DNA of 64,000 nucleotides from Candidatus Moraniibacteriota bacterium (GTDB lineage: Bacteria; Patescibacteriota; Minisyncoccia; Moranbacterales; GCA-2747515): contig CP175956.1 in assembly GCA_046116545.1 (NCBI GenBank), positions 449,734-513,733 of the forward strand, given 5' to 3'. The translations under genes were made by a program, and so were the position numbers. This document shows positions 30,583-39,346 of this stretch, piece by piece. Each line of letters opens with the position of its first letter. Positions within the stretch are counted from its first letter, which is position 1. The notes below the pieces were generated by a model. It did no database searches, had not been told where the DNA came from, and saw nothing but the letters and a program-made list of their open reading frames with translations.

Positions 30583-31812
30583 ATGTTGAAGCAGTTTATG
30601 CAAAATAAATACAAAATAATAATAAATTATATAAAAAAACAATACAAAATATTCTCTTTGCGCAAGAAATTATTTGTTTTTGCTATTATTGCAGCACCTA
30701 TAACATCAACTGGTGTTGGAATGACTTTATATATAGATAATTCTGCTGAAATAATTCAATCTCCAATCTTTGAAAGTGAACCTGTTCTAAACTTAGATGA
30801 ACTACTCACTATCCGATTTAAAGAATCAATTAGTGATTCTCAAAAATATGAAAGCATGATATCTACTTATCCATCCTCTACTCTATCTTTTTTTTGGAAT
30901 ACAGATAACACTATGCTAAAAATTATTCCTAAAACTATTTGGAAGCCCGCTACAACCTATTCAATATCTTTTCCGTATAATTCATATGAATATACTACAG
31001 AAAAATCTATCTTATTTTCTTTTACTACTGTCCCCTACCCATCTGTACTTAAAACTTCTATTGATAATTCAAATAATTCATATGCCACAGTTAACAGCTC
31101 AATTGATATTCTTTTAGATAAGGAAATTGATAAATTCAATATACAAGTTGTTACAAGGCCTTTTATTAAAACTGAGCAAAATTACAATCCCACTAATAAA
31201 ATATTATCAATAAAAATTTTGGACTTAAATCCTGCTGAAAATTTCAAAACATCCCATTCTCTTACAGTATTTGCAAATCACAAAAGACAATCTAAGGCTA
31301 GCTTCTATCCTATTTACTCTTCTACTTTTAATACTATTTTAGAAAAACCCTCATCTTGGCCTACTGCACACGCAGAAAGATTAACTCTCTCACAATCAAC
31401 AACTGCACCAAAAATAAAAAAAGGGAAGTATATAGATATAAATACGGAAGCTCAAATAACTACATTATTTGAAAATGGAGAAGGTGTTAAAAGTTTTGTA
31501 AATTCAACTGGAGCAGATGACACTCCAACCCCACTTGGTGAATTTGAGATTTATAATAAACATCCATATGCACTCTCAAATATGTTTCAAGTATATTTAC
31601 CATACTGGATGGCTTTTACAGAAGATGGCTTGTATGGTTTTCATGATCTAATTGTATGGCCAGAAGGTCATGAAGATAAACCAGAAGGTGGCAAAGAAAG
31701 CCTAACAAGTATAGGTAATGCTGTTTCTCCTGGATGTGTTCGTCATGATGCTCAAAATTCACAATTTATATATGACTGGACTGACGTTGGAACAAAGGTT
31801 GTCATTTATTAA
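30583..31812 (+). CDS. L,D-transpeptidase (YkuD domain) with an N-terminal anchor and Ig-like region
   Basis: C-terminal catalytic motif HDLIVWPEGHE...SIGNAVSPGCVRHD (His ... SxGCxR). Confidence 0.7.
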   Translation: MLKQFMQNKYKIIINYIKKQYKIFSLRKKLFVFAIIAAPITSTGVGMTLYIDNSAEIIQSPIFESEPVLNLDELLTIRFKESISDSQKYESMISTYPSSTLSFFWNTDNTMLKIIPKTIWKPATTYSISFPYNSYEYTTEKSILFSFTTVPYPSVLKTSIDNSNNSYATVNSSIDILLDKEIDKFNIQVVTRPFIKTEQNYNPTNKILSIKILDLNPAENFKTSHSLTVFANHKRQSKASFYPIYSSTFNTILEKPSSWPTAHAERLTLSQSTTAPKIKKGKYIDINTEAQITTLFENGEGVKSFVNSTGADDTPTPLGEFEIYNKHPYALSNMFQVYLPYWMAFTEDGLYGFHDLIVWPEGHEDKPEGGKESLTSIGNAVSPGCVRHDAQNSQFIYDWTDVGTKVVIY

Positions 31813-31824
31813 AAATACTTCTAA

Positions 31825-31857
31825 ACAAAAAAGATATCTTTAAAGATATCTTTTTTG
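31825..31857. terminator. Bidirectional terminator between the convergent L,D-transpeptidase and ldh genes
   Basis: AAAAAAGATATCTTTAAAGATATCTTTTTT perfect palindrome flanked by A- and T-runs. Confidence 0.6.
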
Positions 31858-31878
31858 TTTTTATAAAAATTATTATAG

Positions 31879-32799
31879 TCAACTTATGCTATTGTATATT
31901 TCTTTTAATATATCCGCTGATTTTTTAAGATTTTTTTGCTCAGCTTCTGAAAGCTCAACACATATCCGCCCTATTATACCCCCAGACCCAATGACAGCTG
32001 GCATGCTAAGACATACATCTTCAACTCCATAAACACCCTCCACTAAATGTGAAACTGGCAATACTGTTTTCTTATTATGCAAAATTGCATTAATTAAATA
32101 AGAGGCTCCTGCACCGATTGCATAATATGTTGATTGTTTTCCCTCTATTATTGTATAGGCTGCATTTTTTGCTTCTTCAAAAATCTCATCTTTATCAAAA
32201 TTATTCAATCTTGTACAAGTTCCTAGCTTCATATTTCCAATAGCCGCTGTGCTCCAAACTGGAAATTCACTATCTCCATGTTCCCCAAGTATATATGCAT
32301 GTATACTTTTTGGATTAATATCTAGTTTTTGACCTATCAAATGACGGAATCTAGCCGAATCAAGAAGTGTTCCAGTTCCCAATATTTGATCTTTTTTATC
32401 AGGAAACATATCAATTGCCAGTTTTGTAAGTACATCCACAGGATTTGTAACCATCACAAGCACTATATTAGGATTTTTTTCAAAAATCTGAGGTAGGATT
32501 TGCTTCATGATAGATGCATTTTTCTCAACAAGTTGCAATCGAGTCTCACCTTCTTTTTGTGCAACACCACATGTAATAACTACGACATCACTATTTGCAC
32601 AATCATCATATGTCCCAGTATGCACATCTGTATTTCCTACAAAAGGTACGGCGTGTTGCAAATCCATAACTTGTGACTCCACAAGTTTTTCATTTATATC
32701 AATAATTGCAATCTCTTGGGCAATCTCTCGCATCACAAGTGAATGTGCAATAGTAGATCCAACCATTCCAGCTCCAATTATAGTAACTTTATTTTTCAT
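31879..32799 (-). CDS. ldh: L-lactate dehydrogenase
   Basis: MKNKVTIIGAGMVGST Rossmann fold, ITCGVAQKEGETRLQL (Gln at the substrate-specificity position indicates LDH rather than MDH), LGEHGDSE. Confidence 0.85.
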   Translation of the reverse strand: MKNKVTIIGAGMVGSTIAHSLVMREIAQEIAIIDINEKLVESQVMDLQHAVPFVGNTDVHTGTYDDCANSDVVVITCGVAQKEGETRLQLVEKNASIMKQILPQIFEKNPNIVLVMVTNPVDVLTKLAIDMFPDKKDQILGTGTLLDSARFRHLIGQKLDINPKSIHAYILGEHGDSEFPVWSTAAIGNMKLGTCTRLNNFDKDEIFEEAKNAAYTIIEGKQSTYYAIGAGASYLINAILHNKKTVLPVSHLVEGVYGVEDVCLSMPAVIGSGGIIGRICVELSEAEQKNLKKSADILKEIYNSIS

Positions 32800-32809
32800 A
32801 TTTTTTTGT

Positions 32810-32845
32810 TATGTAACATGCTACGTAACATACTACGTAACAAGT
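32810..32845. repeat. Three tandem 12-bp repeats (TAYGTAACAWRY) directly upstream of the ldh start
   Basis: tatgtaacatgc / tacgtaacatac / tacgtaacaagt, each containing the TACGTA palindrome. Confidence 0.6.
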
Positions 32846-33043
32846 ACAGTTTTAATATTATTTTTATATAATAACATAGAATTAAAAACAGTCAGAATCA
32901 TTCGAGCCGCTTTTTTGCTAGATAATTGTCTAGCATCTGCATACACATTTCCAAATCACCTGCCTAGTGAGGTCTCTGCACTATTTTTGATTGAACAGAC
33001 ATAACTCAAAACAATAATGCATCACCTCGCACTCTTTGAATCT

Positions 33044-33964
33044 CTACTCATTAAATAATTTATTTATATTTCGTTGTAAAGCTTGATATCCAATATCCTT
33101 TTGTACTTCCTCCATCAACTTTTGATATTGTTTTTTACCAATTAATTCTTTTTTATCATTAAGTATGCTCGAAAGTAGGTCAATATTTTTTTTATATATA
33201 TCTACAAGTTTATCTTTTCCAATAACCTCAGCATATTTTTGAAATGATTCTAATTGCAATAAAGATTCTTCTAATAGTTGAATTTGGATGTGATGTGTTG
33301 CAAGAGTTTTATTTTTTCGTTCTACCCATAAATCCATAATATCTCGAATTGTTTTTCGATCTGCAATTAATATCACGCGAGGAATATTTGATTTTTGACC
33401 TTTGAAATCTTGTGATTCTGAATAAAAGTAATCCATTTTTGTGAGGTGTCCCGCATCAATATTTTGCTTCGTACGTTCTAATTTTTTATTAATTCCCTCA
33501 ATGCTTGTTGCAACATCAAACCCGAGTGCTAAATGTGCCACAAAATTCTTCTCATCTTCAAATTCAACCACCCCATCAACCCCATTAACGATATCATCAA
33601 ATGCTGTTGGAATAATTACTTGTGCATTTTCACCAAACCAAGCATTCATGTCAATTCCATCTAACACCATTGCTTCAAAAACTTTTCCCACCTTTTGATG
33701 CGTTTCCCAGCCAAAGGATTGTTTTATCTTACCATTATTAGCATCCTCAAATTTTTGTTTAAGCTTTGTTACATATGCCTGATCACGTTCAATGCGAGCC
33801 TTGTCGTATGGACCACTATCTGGATCATTTGTTTTAATAAAAATATCATATGGAATAGCATCTTTAAAAATATCGTCAGACATCTCTAATGCAGTAGATA
33901 ACTGTGGATATCCTTCAGGATCACGAGATTCAGGTTTTTTATAAGGATTTTCAAGGTTAAACAT
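33044..33964 (-). CDS. Hypothetical protein
   Basis: 306-aa hydrophilic ORF with no recognised motif. Confidence 0.45.
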   Translation of the reverse strand: MFNLENPYKKPESRDPEGYPQLSTALEMSDDIFKDAIPYDIFIKTNDPDSGPYDKARIERDQAYVTKLKQKFEDANNGKIKQSFGWETHQKVGKVFEAMVLDGIDMNAWFGENAQVIIPTAFDDIVNGVDGVVEFEDEKNFVAHLALGFDVATSIEGINKKLERTKQNIDAGHLTKMDYFYSESQDFKGQKSNIPRVILIADRKTIRDIMDLWVERKNKTLATHHIQIQLLEESLLQLESFQKYAEVIGKDKLVDIYKKNIDLLSSILNDKKELIGKKQYQKLMEEVQKDIGYQALQRNINKLFNE

Positions 33965-34132
33965 ATTTATAATATTATCAAATTAGCGTTTTTACGAAAA
34001 CGTACACTTACTATAATAAATTTATCATCTAATATCAACTTTTACTATACCTATGATATTAAATATTTCAAATGTATTCTTATTATTTACACACTTCGGA
34101 CTGTGTTTTTATTTTTGAATTCTAAATTAAGC

Positions 34133-34222
34133 CTTTCTTCACTTGAAAGTGGTTTTTTATTTTCAAATTCTGGATCAAGCATTGTCTCGGGACAAAATTT
34201 TTGTAAATATAATTTATCAATG
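34133..34222 (-). pseudogene. Duplicated fragment of the nrdG 3' end (about 80 bp, roughly 90% identical to 34679-34760)
   Basis: Minus-strand translation gives VIDKLYLQKFCPETMLDPEFENKKPLSSE, compared with nrdG DKLYLQKFRPETTLDPEFENQKPISSE. Confidence 0.6.
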
Positions 34223-34376
34223 ACTCTTTTTTTAAAAAATAACCCTAACTAGTTAACTCTTTTTTTTCTTATTTCACATCTAGAAAACACTCTTTACAAA
34301 ACAATATTTTTATGTAAAAATATATATTCCACTTAGGAGACACTAGTTCATTTCTATTACTTTAGGAGGTTTTATT

Positions 34377-34562
34377 TTGAAAGAAAATAAATTTGAAATA
34401 TGGCAAGAGGCTACGCACAGTGCCTTACTTGATACTAGGCAGTGCCCCTGTGCCAGTGGTGATATTGAACATTGTTTTTTATCACTGCCTATTGAAGCAC
34501 AGACTGATTTATACGAGGATGATCCTGTAAACTGTTTTACGCAAATATACTTGAGTAGCTAA
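34377..34562 (+). CDS. Small SEC-C-motif-like metal-binding protein (61 aa), GC-richer than its surroundings
   Basis: QCPCASGDIEHCF resembles the SecA C-terminal / YecA-like CPCxSGxxxxxC[CH] motif. Confidence 0.3.
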   Translation: MKENKFEIWQEATHSALLDTRQCPCASGDIEHCFLSLPIEAQTDLYEDDPVNCFTQIYLSS

Positions 34563-34614
34563 CCTCAGCTAAATAAAAAAACGATTGTTTATACAAATAA
34601 TCGTTTTTTCTTTA

Positions 34615-35322
34615 TTATTGTCTGATATGAACTTCTTGTATATTTGCATCTTGGAAAATCTGAATATATTTTTGCATTTTTTCACTTGAAATTGGTTTTT
34701 GATTTTCAAATTCTGGATCAAGTGTTGTCTCGGGACGAAATTTTTGTAAATATAATTTATCCGCACCACTTACCAACTCACTCATTTCTTTTATGATTTC
34801 TTCAGTATGTACACCCTCTATTACTGTTGTGCGAAATTCATATGGAACTGTTCCCTGTTTTAAAAATTCTATACTTTCTTTTATATTGTCAGGATTAACC
34901 ATTTTTCCAACCAAATTTTCATAATTATTTAAAGTTGTTTTCACATCCATTGCTATATAATCAATTAATCCATCGTTAACTAAGTCTTTCATTATATTTG
35001 GCAAATTTCCATTTGTATCTAATTTTACCAAAAATCCCATTTCTCGTACTTTTTGGATGAATTGTCGCAAATCTGGTTGTACAGTTGGCTCTCCACCCGA
35101 AATTACCACGCCATCTAATTTACCTCGTCTGCTTTCTAAAAAATTCAAAACTGCTCTTTCGGGGATAAAACTAGGGCGTAATTTTTTAATTTCTTCTGGT
35201 AAAACAAATTCTTTATTGTGACAAAAACCGCACCGCATATTACACCCTGGAGTAAATATGATTGCTGCTACTTTTTCTGGATAATCCAGCATGGTAAATT
35301 TCTGTACACCACTTATAAGCAT
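34615..35322 (-). CDS. nrdG: Anaerobic ribonucleoside-triphosphate reductase activating protein (radical SAM)
   Basis: CNMRCGFCHN (CxxxCxxC) near the N-terminus; sits adjacent to nrdD. Confidence 0.8.
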   Translation of the reverse strand: MLISGVQKFTMLDYPEKVAAIIFTPGCNMRCGFCHNKEFVLPEEIKKLRPSFIPERAVLNFLESRRGKLDGVVISGGEPTVQPDLRQFIQKVREMGFLVKLDTNGNLPNIMKDLVNDGLIDYIAMDVKTTLNNYENLVGKMVNPDNIKESIEFLKQGTVPYEFRTTVIEGVHTEEIIKEMSELVSGADKLYLQKFRPETTLDPEFENQKPISSEKMQKYIQIFQDANIQEVHIRQ

Positions 35323-35404
35323 TGCTTGATATTTATATATTTATCAGTCTTCATGAATATGAATTTTCACAAAGACTGGATAATCACACAAATTTAGCTA
35401 TCTT

Positions 35405-35593
35405 TTAGTTACCAAATTTTTCTGTAAAATCATCATTTGCACAAGCACACTCTTGAAAATGTTTACGAGAATAATGTTCTGATTTTTTACCAGTATTAAA
35501 AAATGATACTGGGCGAAAATACCCCATTACCCTTGTCCATACTTCGCAACGTGTTCGCTCTCCTTCCTTCATTTGGATCTTTTGTGATACCAT
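35405..35593 (-). CDS. nrdD: NrdD C-terminal glycyl-radical segment encoded as a separate in-frame ORF
   Basis: CEVWTRVMGYFRPVSFFNTGKKSEHYSR matches the class III RNR glycyl-radical motif (RVxGY ... FNxGK). It is in the same frame as 35636..37753, separated by 14 codons containing two TAA. Confidence 0.6.
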   Translation of the reverse strand: MVSQKIQMKEGERTRCEVWTRVMGYFRPVSFFNTGKKSEHYSRKHFQECACANDDFTEKFGN

Positions 35594-35635
35594 ATGTTTA
35601 TTTTTACTTAATTAATTATTTTTTATTAATAAATC

Positions 35636-37753
35636 TTATTTATCTGCCTCTGTGCTTTGATATCTTCCCCTAAACTCTGCATCACAATAACTTTTATTTT
35701 TTATTCCTATTTCTTCATCACATTTCGGACAAAAATCATATTCTCCTTTCAAATATCCATGTTTTGGGCATATTGAGAATGTTGGTGTAATTGTAATGTA
35801 TGGAAGCTTATAATTTGTCAAAATCTTTTTCACAAGATTTGCACAGGCCTCTCCAGAACTCACTCTTTCATTCATGTACCCATGTAATACTGTTCCTCCA
35901 GTATACATTGTTTGCAATTCAGATTGTAAATCTAGTGCTTCAAAGATGTCATCTGTATATCCTACTGGTAGCTGAGTTGAGTTTGTATAATACGGAGCTT
36001 CTTCTGTCCCTGCCTGTATAATTCCCTCGTATTGCTTTTTATCTTCTTTTGCAAATCTATATGTTGTTCCTTCTCCAGGAGTTGCTTCTAAATTATACAT
36101 ATTTCCAGTTTCTTCTTGAAATTCTGACATTTTTTCTCGGATAAACTCCATTGTTTCTTTTGCAAACTCTAACCCATATTCAGAAGCTATATTTTCTTTA
36201 TCATCTGTAAAGTTACGTATTGATTCATTTACTCCATTTATCCCAATTGTTGAAAAATGACTATCTAATTTGCCTAGGTATCGCTTTGTATATGGAAATA
36301 GTCCTCTATCCATCCATTTAGTAATAACAATTCTTTTCATTTCTAATGATGCTTTTGCTAGTTCCATTAAATGAGTAATTCTTGCAAAATAGGCTTCTTT
36401 ATCGCCAGCACAAGTTTTTCCAATTCTTGCCATATTTAATGTTACAACACCAATTGAGCCAGTCATCTCTGCAGAGCCAAATAATCCCCCACCTCGCTTA
36501 CGCAACTCCTTTAAATCAAGTTGTAACCTGCAACACATTGAACGAACATCACTAGGATCAAGATCTGAATTTATAAAGTTTTGAAAATATGGAGTTCCAT
36601 ATTTTGCAGTCATTTCAAATAATGGCAATACTTTTGAATCCTTCCAATCAAAGTCTTTTGTTATGTTATACGTTGGAATCGGAAATGTAAATGTACGCCC
36701 TTTTGAATCACCCAGCATCATTACCTCAATAAATGCTTTGTTTACGATATCCATTTCTGCTTGGAGTTCTCCAAATTTATGTGCAAATGGCTCACCTCCG
36801 AGAATTAGTGTTTTTTCTCTTAAATCATCTGGACAAACCCAATCAAGCGTAATATTTGTAAAAGGAGTCTGTGTTCCCCACCTTGATGGAATATTTAAGT
36901 TAAATACAAATGATTGGATATTTTGATATACATATTTATACAAAGTTTCTGAAACATAGCTTTCTTCATCTTTTTTTGTAGCAAAGTTCATGTTATATTT
37001 TTCGATTGCCTCTCGTATTTCATTTTCCTTTTTTTTCACAAATGGAGCTAAATATGTATCAAAACTAGAAAATGCCTGTGCTCCAGCCCACTCATTTTGT
37101 AATGTTCCCAGAAAATTAACCATTTGAGATACGGCACTTGTTAGATGTTTTGGTGGATTTGATTCTACTTTATTAGAAACTCCATTAAAACCCTCTTCTA
37201 GCAACGCTCGTAAGCTCCACCCAGCACAATAACCACTAAACATATCTAGATCATGTATATGTAAGTCAGCATTTCTGTGTGCTTCACCTATAGCCTTTGG
37301 ATAAATATGAGATAACCAATAATTTGCTGTAACCTTCCCTGCTGTATTTAGAATCATTCCACCCAGTGAATATCCTTGATTTGAATTTGCATTTACACGC
37401 CAATCTAATTGATCTAAATATTCACCAATAGTCTTATCAACATCCACCATTACATTTTTATCTTCTCGTGCCTCTGTCCGCTTCTGCCTATATAATATGT
37501 AGTCTTTTGCTACTTGTGGATAATTACTGTGTATTAAGGAGTCTTCTACAGCATCTTGTACTTCCTCCACTGAAGGAATTTCATCAGAATACTCCTCAGA
37601 AAGCTTTGTTTCAGCATATTTTGCTATTTTTTTTGCTTCCACTTTTTTTGTGGGATTTGAAGCTATAGCCGCTTTTTCTATAGCATTTTCTATTTTTTCA
37701 ATATCAAAATCAACAATTGTTCCATTTCTTTTTTTTATCTTATGAATTGCCAT
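35636..37753 (-). CDS. nrdD: Anaerobic ribonucleoside-triphosphate reductase (class III), lacking the glycyl-radical tail
   Basis: N-terminal ATP-cone (MAIHKIKKRNGTIVDFDIEKIENAI) and C-terminal zinc ribbon CPKH...CPKC in 705 aa. Confidence 0.88.
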   Translation of the reverse strand: MAIHKIKKRNGTIVDFDIEKIENAIEKAAIASNPTKKVEAKKIAKYAETKLSEEYSDEIPSVEEVQDAVEDSLIHSNYPQVAKDYILYRQKRTEAREDKNVMVDVDKTIGEYLDQLDWRVNANSNQGYSLGGMILNTAGKVTANYWLSHIYPKAIGEAHRNADLHIHDLDMFSGYCAGWSLRALLEEGFNGVSNKVESNPPKHLTSAVSQMVNFLGTLQNEWAGAQAFSSFDTYLAPFVKKKENEIREAIEKYNMNFATKKDEESYVSETLYKYVYQNIQSFVFNLNIPSRWGTQTPFTNITLDWVCPDDLREKTLILGGEPFAHKFGELQAEMDIVNKAFIEVMMLGDSKGRTFTFPIPTYNITKDFDWKDSKVLPLFEMTAKYGTPYFQNFINSDLDPSDVRSMCCRLQLDLKELRKRGGGLFGSAEMTGSIGVVTLNMARIGKTCAGDKEAYFARITHLMELAKASLEMKRIVITKWMDRGLFPYTKRYLGKLDSHFSTIGINGVNESIRNFTDDKENIASEYGLEFAKETMEFIREKMSEFQEETGNMYNLEATPGEGTTYRFAKEDKKQYEGIIQAGTEEAPYYTNSTQLPVGYTDDIFEALDLQSELQTMYTGGTVLHGYMNERVSSGEACANLVKKILTNYKLPYITITPTFSICPKHGYLKGEYDFCPKCDEEIGIKNKSYCDAEFRGRYQSTEADK

Positions 37754-38045
37754 ATTTATTTTAAATAATATCAGTTAACTACTAGTAATATCTTATTTTT
37801 TAGAAAAGAAAAAAGCAAGAATTATTTATGTTCTTACCCCTACCTATTTTAAAGTATAAACCTTTTCAAAATACTATGCAATAGCAACATATCCACAGGA
37901 TATGCATGTATACCATATGTTGTGGTTTTTGAAAGAGGTCTACCACTACTAGTTTTTCAAAAGCCTAAATTTTTTATCTAAAAATATATTATATAAATCA
38001 ATATTCATCATGATTTGTCAAGTGCAGATTATCAATTTATATATA

Positions 38046-38738
38046 TGTTCCACGTGGAACAGTCTTAACTATACCTCCTAAATAGCTCTATAATTATTTT
38101 TCTTTAACTTTGTTCCACATGGAACAAAGTCTCTTGCATTACATTAATTTGCCCATGACATTCAAAATTGTTCTACGTGGAACAATCTCCTAATTGATTT
38201 ATCTTACAAAGTAATACCAATCCATGTTCCATGTGGAACATTTTATTGTTTACACTGTATTTTCTGTTCAATTTTTATAAAATTTTGTTCTACGTGGAAC
38301 ACCTCAGTGCCATTCATGCGCTCTCATTTAAATATTTGCACTCTGTAATGTTCCACATGGAACATTATACGATTTTCTGAGTTACTGAGTAGCGTTTTTA
38401 CATAAATTGTTCCATGTGGAACAATTTACCAGTTTTCTCCTATAATATGATCATTAGTTTACTACTAGATGTTCCACATGAAACATCTTCTTATTTCTAT
38501 TATCGTAATAGTCAAACTTGGTATTTAATAGTTCTACGTGGAACAAGTACATTATCTTACTCTTTTTCCTTAATTTATATTCCAAACAACTATTTTAATT
38601 CTATAAAGACATCTTTTACATTAAATGTTCCATGTGGAACATTATTAATAGGGAAGTATGTTTAAAAGTTCCACGTAGAACATCTCCCTTATATTTTTTA
38701 AATGAGATTATATAACTTGTATAGTTCTACGTGGAACA
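38046..38738. repeat. Array of 12 parS-like 16-bp palindromes (TGTTCCACGTGGAACA) spaced about 60 bp apart
   Basis: Copies begin at 38046, 38111, 38169, 38225, 38286, 38349, 38408, 38470, 38530, 38626, 38667 and 38723. The core matches the ParB-binding parS consensus tGTTtCACGTGaAACa, and the spacers between copies are unique. Confidence 0.75.
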
Positions 38739-38765
38739 TATACATATATTTTTATTTATAATAAC

Positions 38766-38794
38766 TTGACATATTAGTATAAATATGGTATAAT
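38766..38794 (+). promoter_or_regulatory. Perfect-consensus sigma70 promoter (TTGACA-17-TATAAT) upstream of tRNA-Arg, rbfA and nrnA
   Basis: TTGACA at 38766-38771 and TATAAT at 38789-38794. Confidence 0.5.
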
Positions 38795-38878
38795 ACTTGT
38801 ACGACGTACAGTGCCGGAATTCTATGGTTGTATTATACGTAGTTTTATGCTACATTTATTAAACAATTTAGTGTAAAT

Positions 38879-38950
38879 GTCCCGGTAGTTCAATGGATAG
38901 AACAAGTCCCTCCTAAGGATTAGATAAAGGTTCGACTCCTTTCTGGGACA
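38879..38950 (+). tRNA. tRNA-Arg (anticodon CCT)
   Basis: GTCCCGG/CTGGGAC acceptor, anticodon loop CTCCTAA, T-loop AAAGGTTCGACTCCTTT. Confidence 0.85.
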
Positions 38951-38975
38951 CATTATATAATTAAACATAACCATC

Positions 38976-39302
38976 ATGAGTGATAGAATGCGAAAAGTTA
39001 ATTCCGTTATCCAACGAGAGATGTCTGAATTAATTATGAAGAAAGTTGATTTTAAGCCTGGTGTTTTTGTAACTATTTCCAAGGTTGACACTACTAGTGA
39101 TCTCATGTATACTCGTATATTCGTTCGAGTATTTCCCCAAAAAGATATTAATTATTCAATGAAGACACTCGAGCATGAAAGAATTGCCATGCAGAAATTA
39201 TTACATAAAAAACTACATTTAAAAGTTTTACCTAAAATATCATTTATACATGATCAAGGAGGTGATGATATTGATGAATTAGAAAAACTTTTGCAACAAT
39301 AA
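38976..39302 (+). CDS. rbfA: Ribosome-binding factor A
   Basis: RKVNSVIQREMSELI ... PGVFVTISKVDTTSDLMYTRIFV in 108 aa. Confidence 0.8.
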   Translation: MSDRMRKVNSVIQREMSELIMKKVDFKPGVFVTISKVDTTSDLMYTRIFVRVFPQKDINYSMKTLEHERIAMQKLLHKKLHLKVLPKISFIHDQGGDDIDELEKLLQQ

Positions 39303-39346
39303 TAACTGTGATGGCATAATACCTAAAATATTTTCACTGATTCATT

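Noticed and set aside
38046-38738. The regularly spaced repeat array considered as a CRISPR array
   Set aside because: The conserved unit is only about 16 bp and is itself a perfect palindrome, whereas CRISPR repeats are 24-47-bp direct repeats. The copies are degenerate in the core (CACGTG, CACATG, CATGTG). No cas genes are nearby. The motif matches parS.
38046-38738. The palindromes as NrdR boxes regulating the adjacent divergent nrdD
   Set aside because: NrdR boxes are AT-rich (acaCwAtATaTwGtgt), occur as one or two sites within the promoter, and do not match the TGTTCCACGTGGAACA core or the 12-copy phased arrangement.
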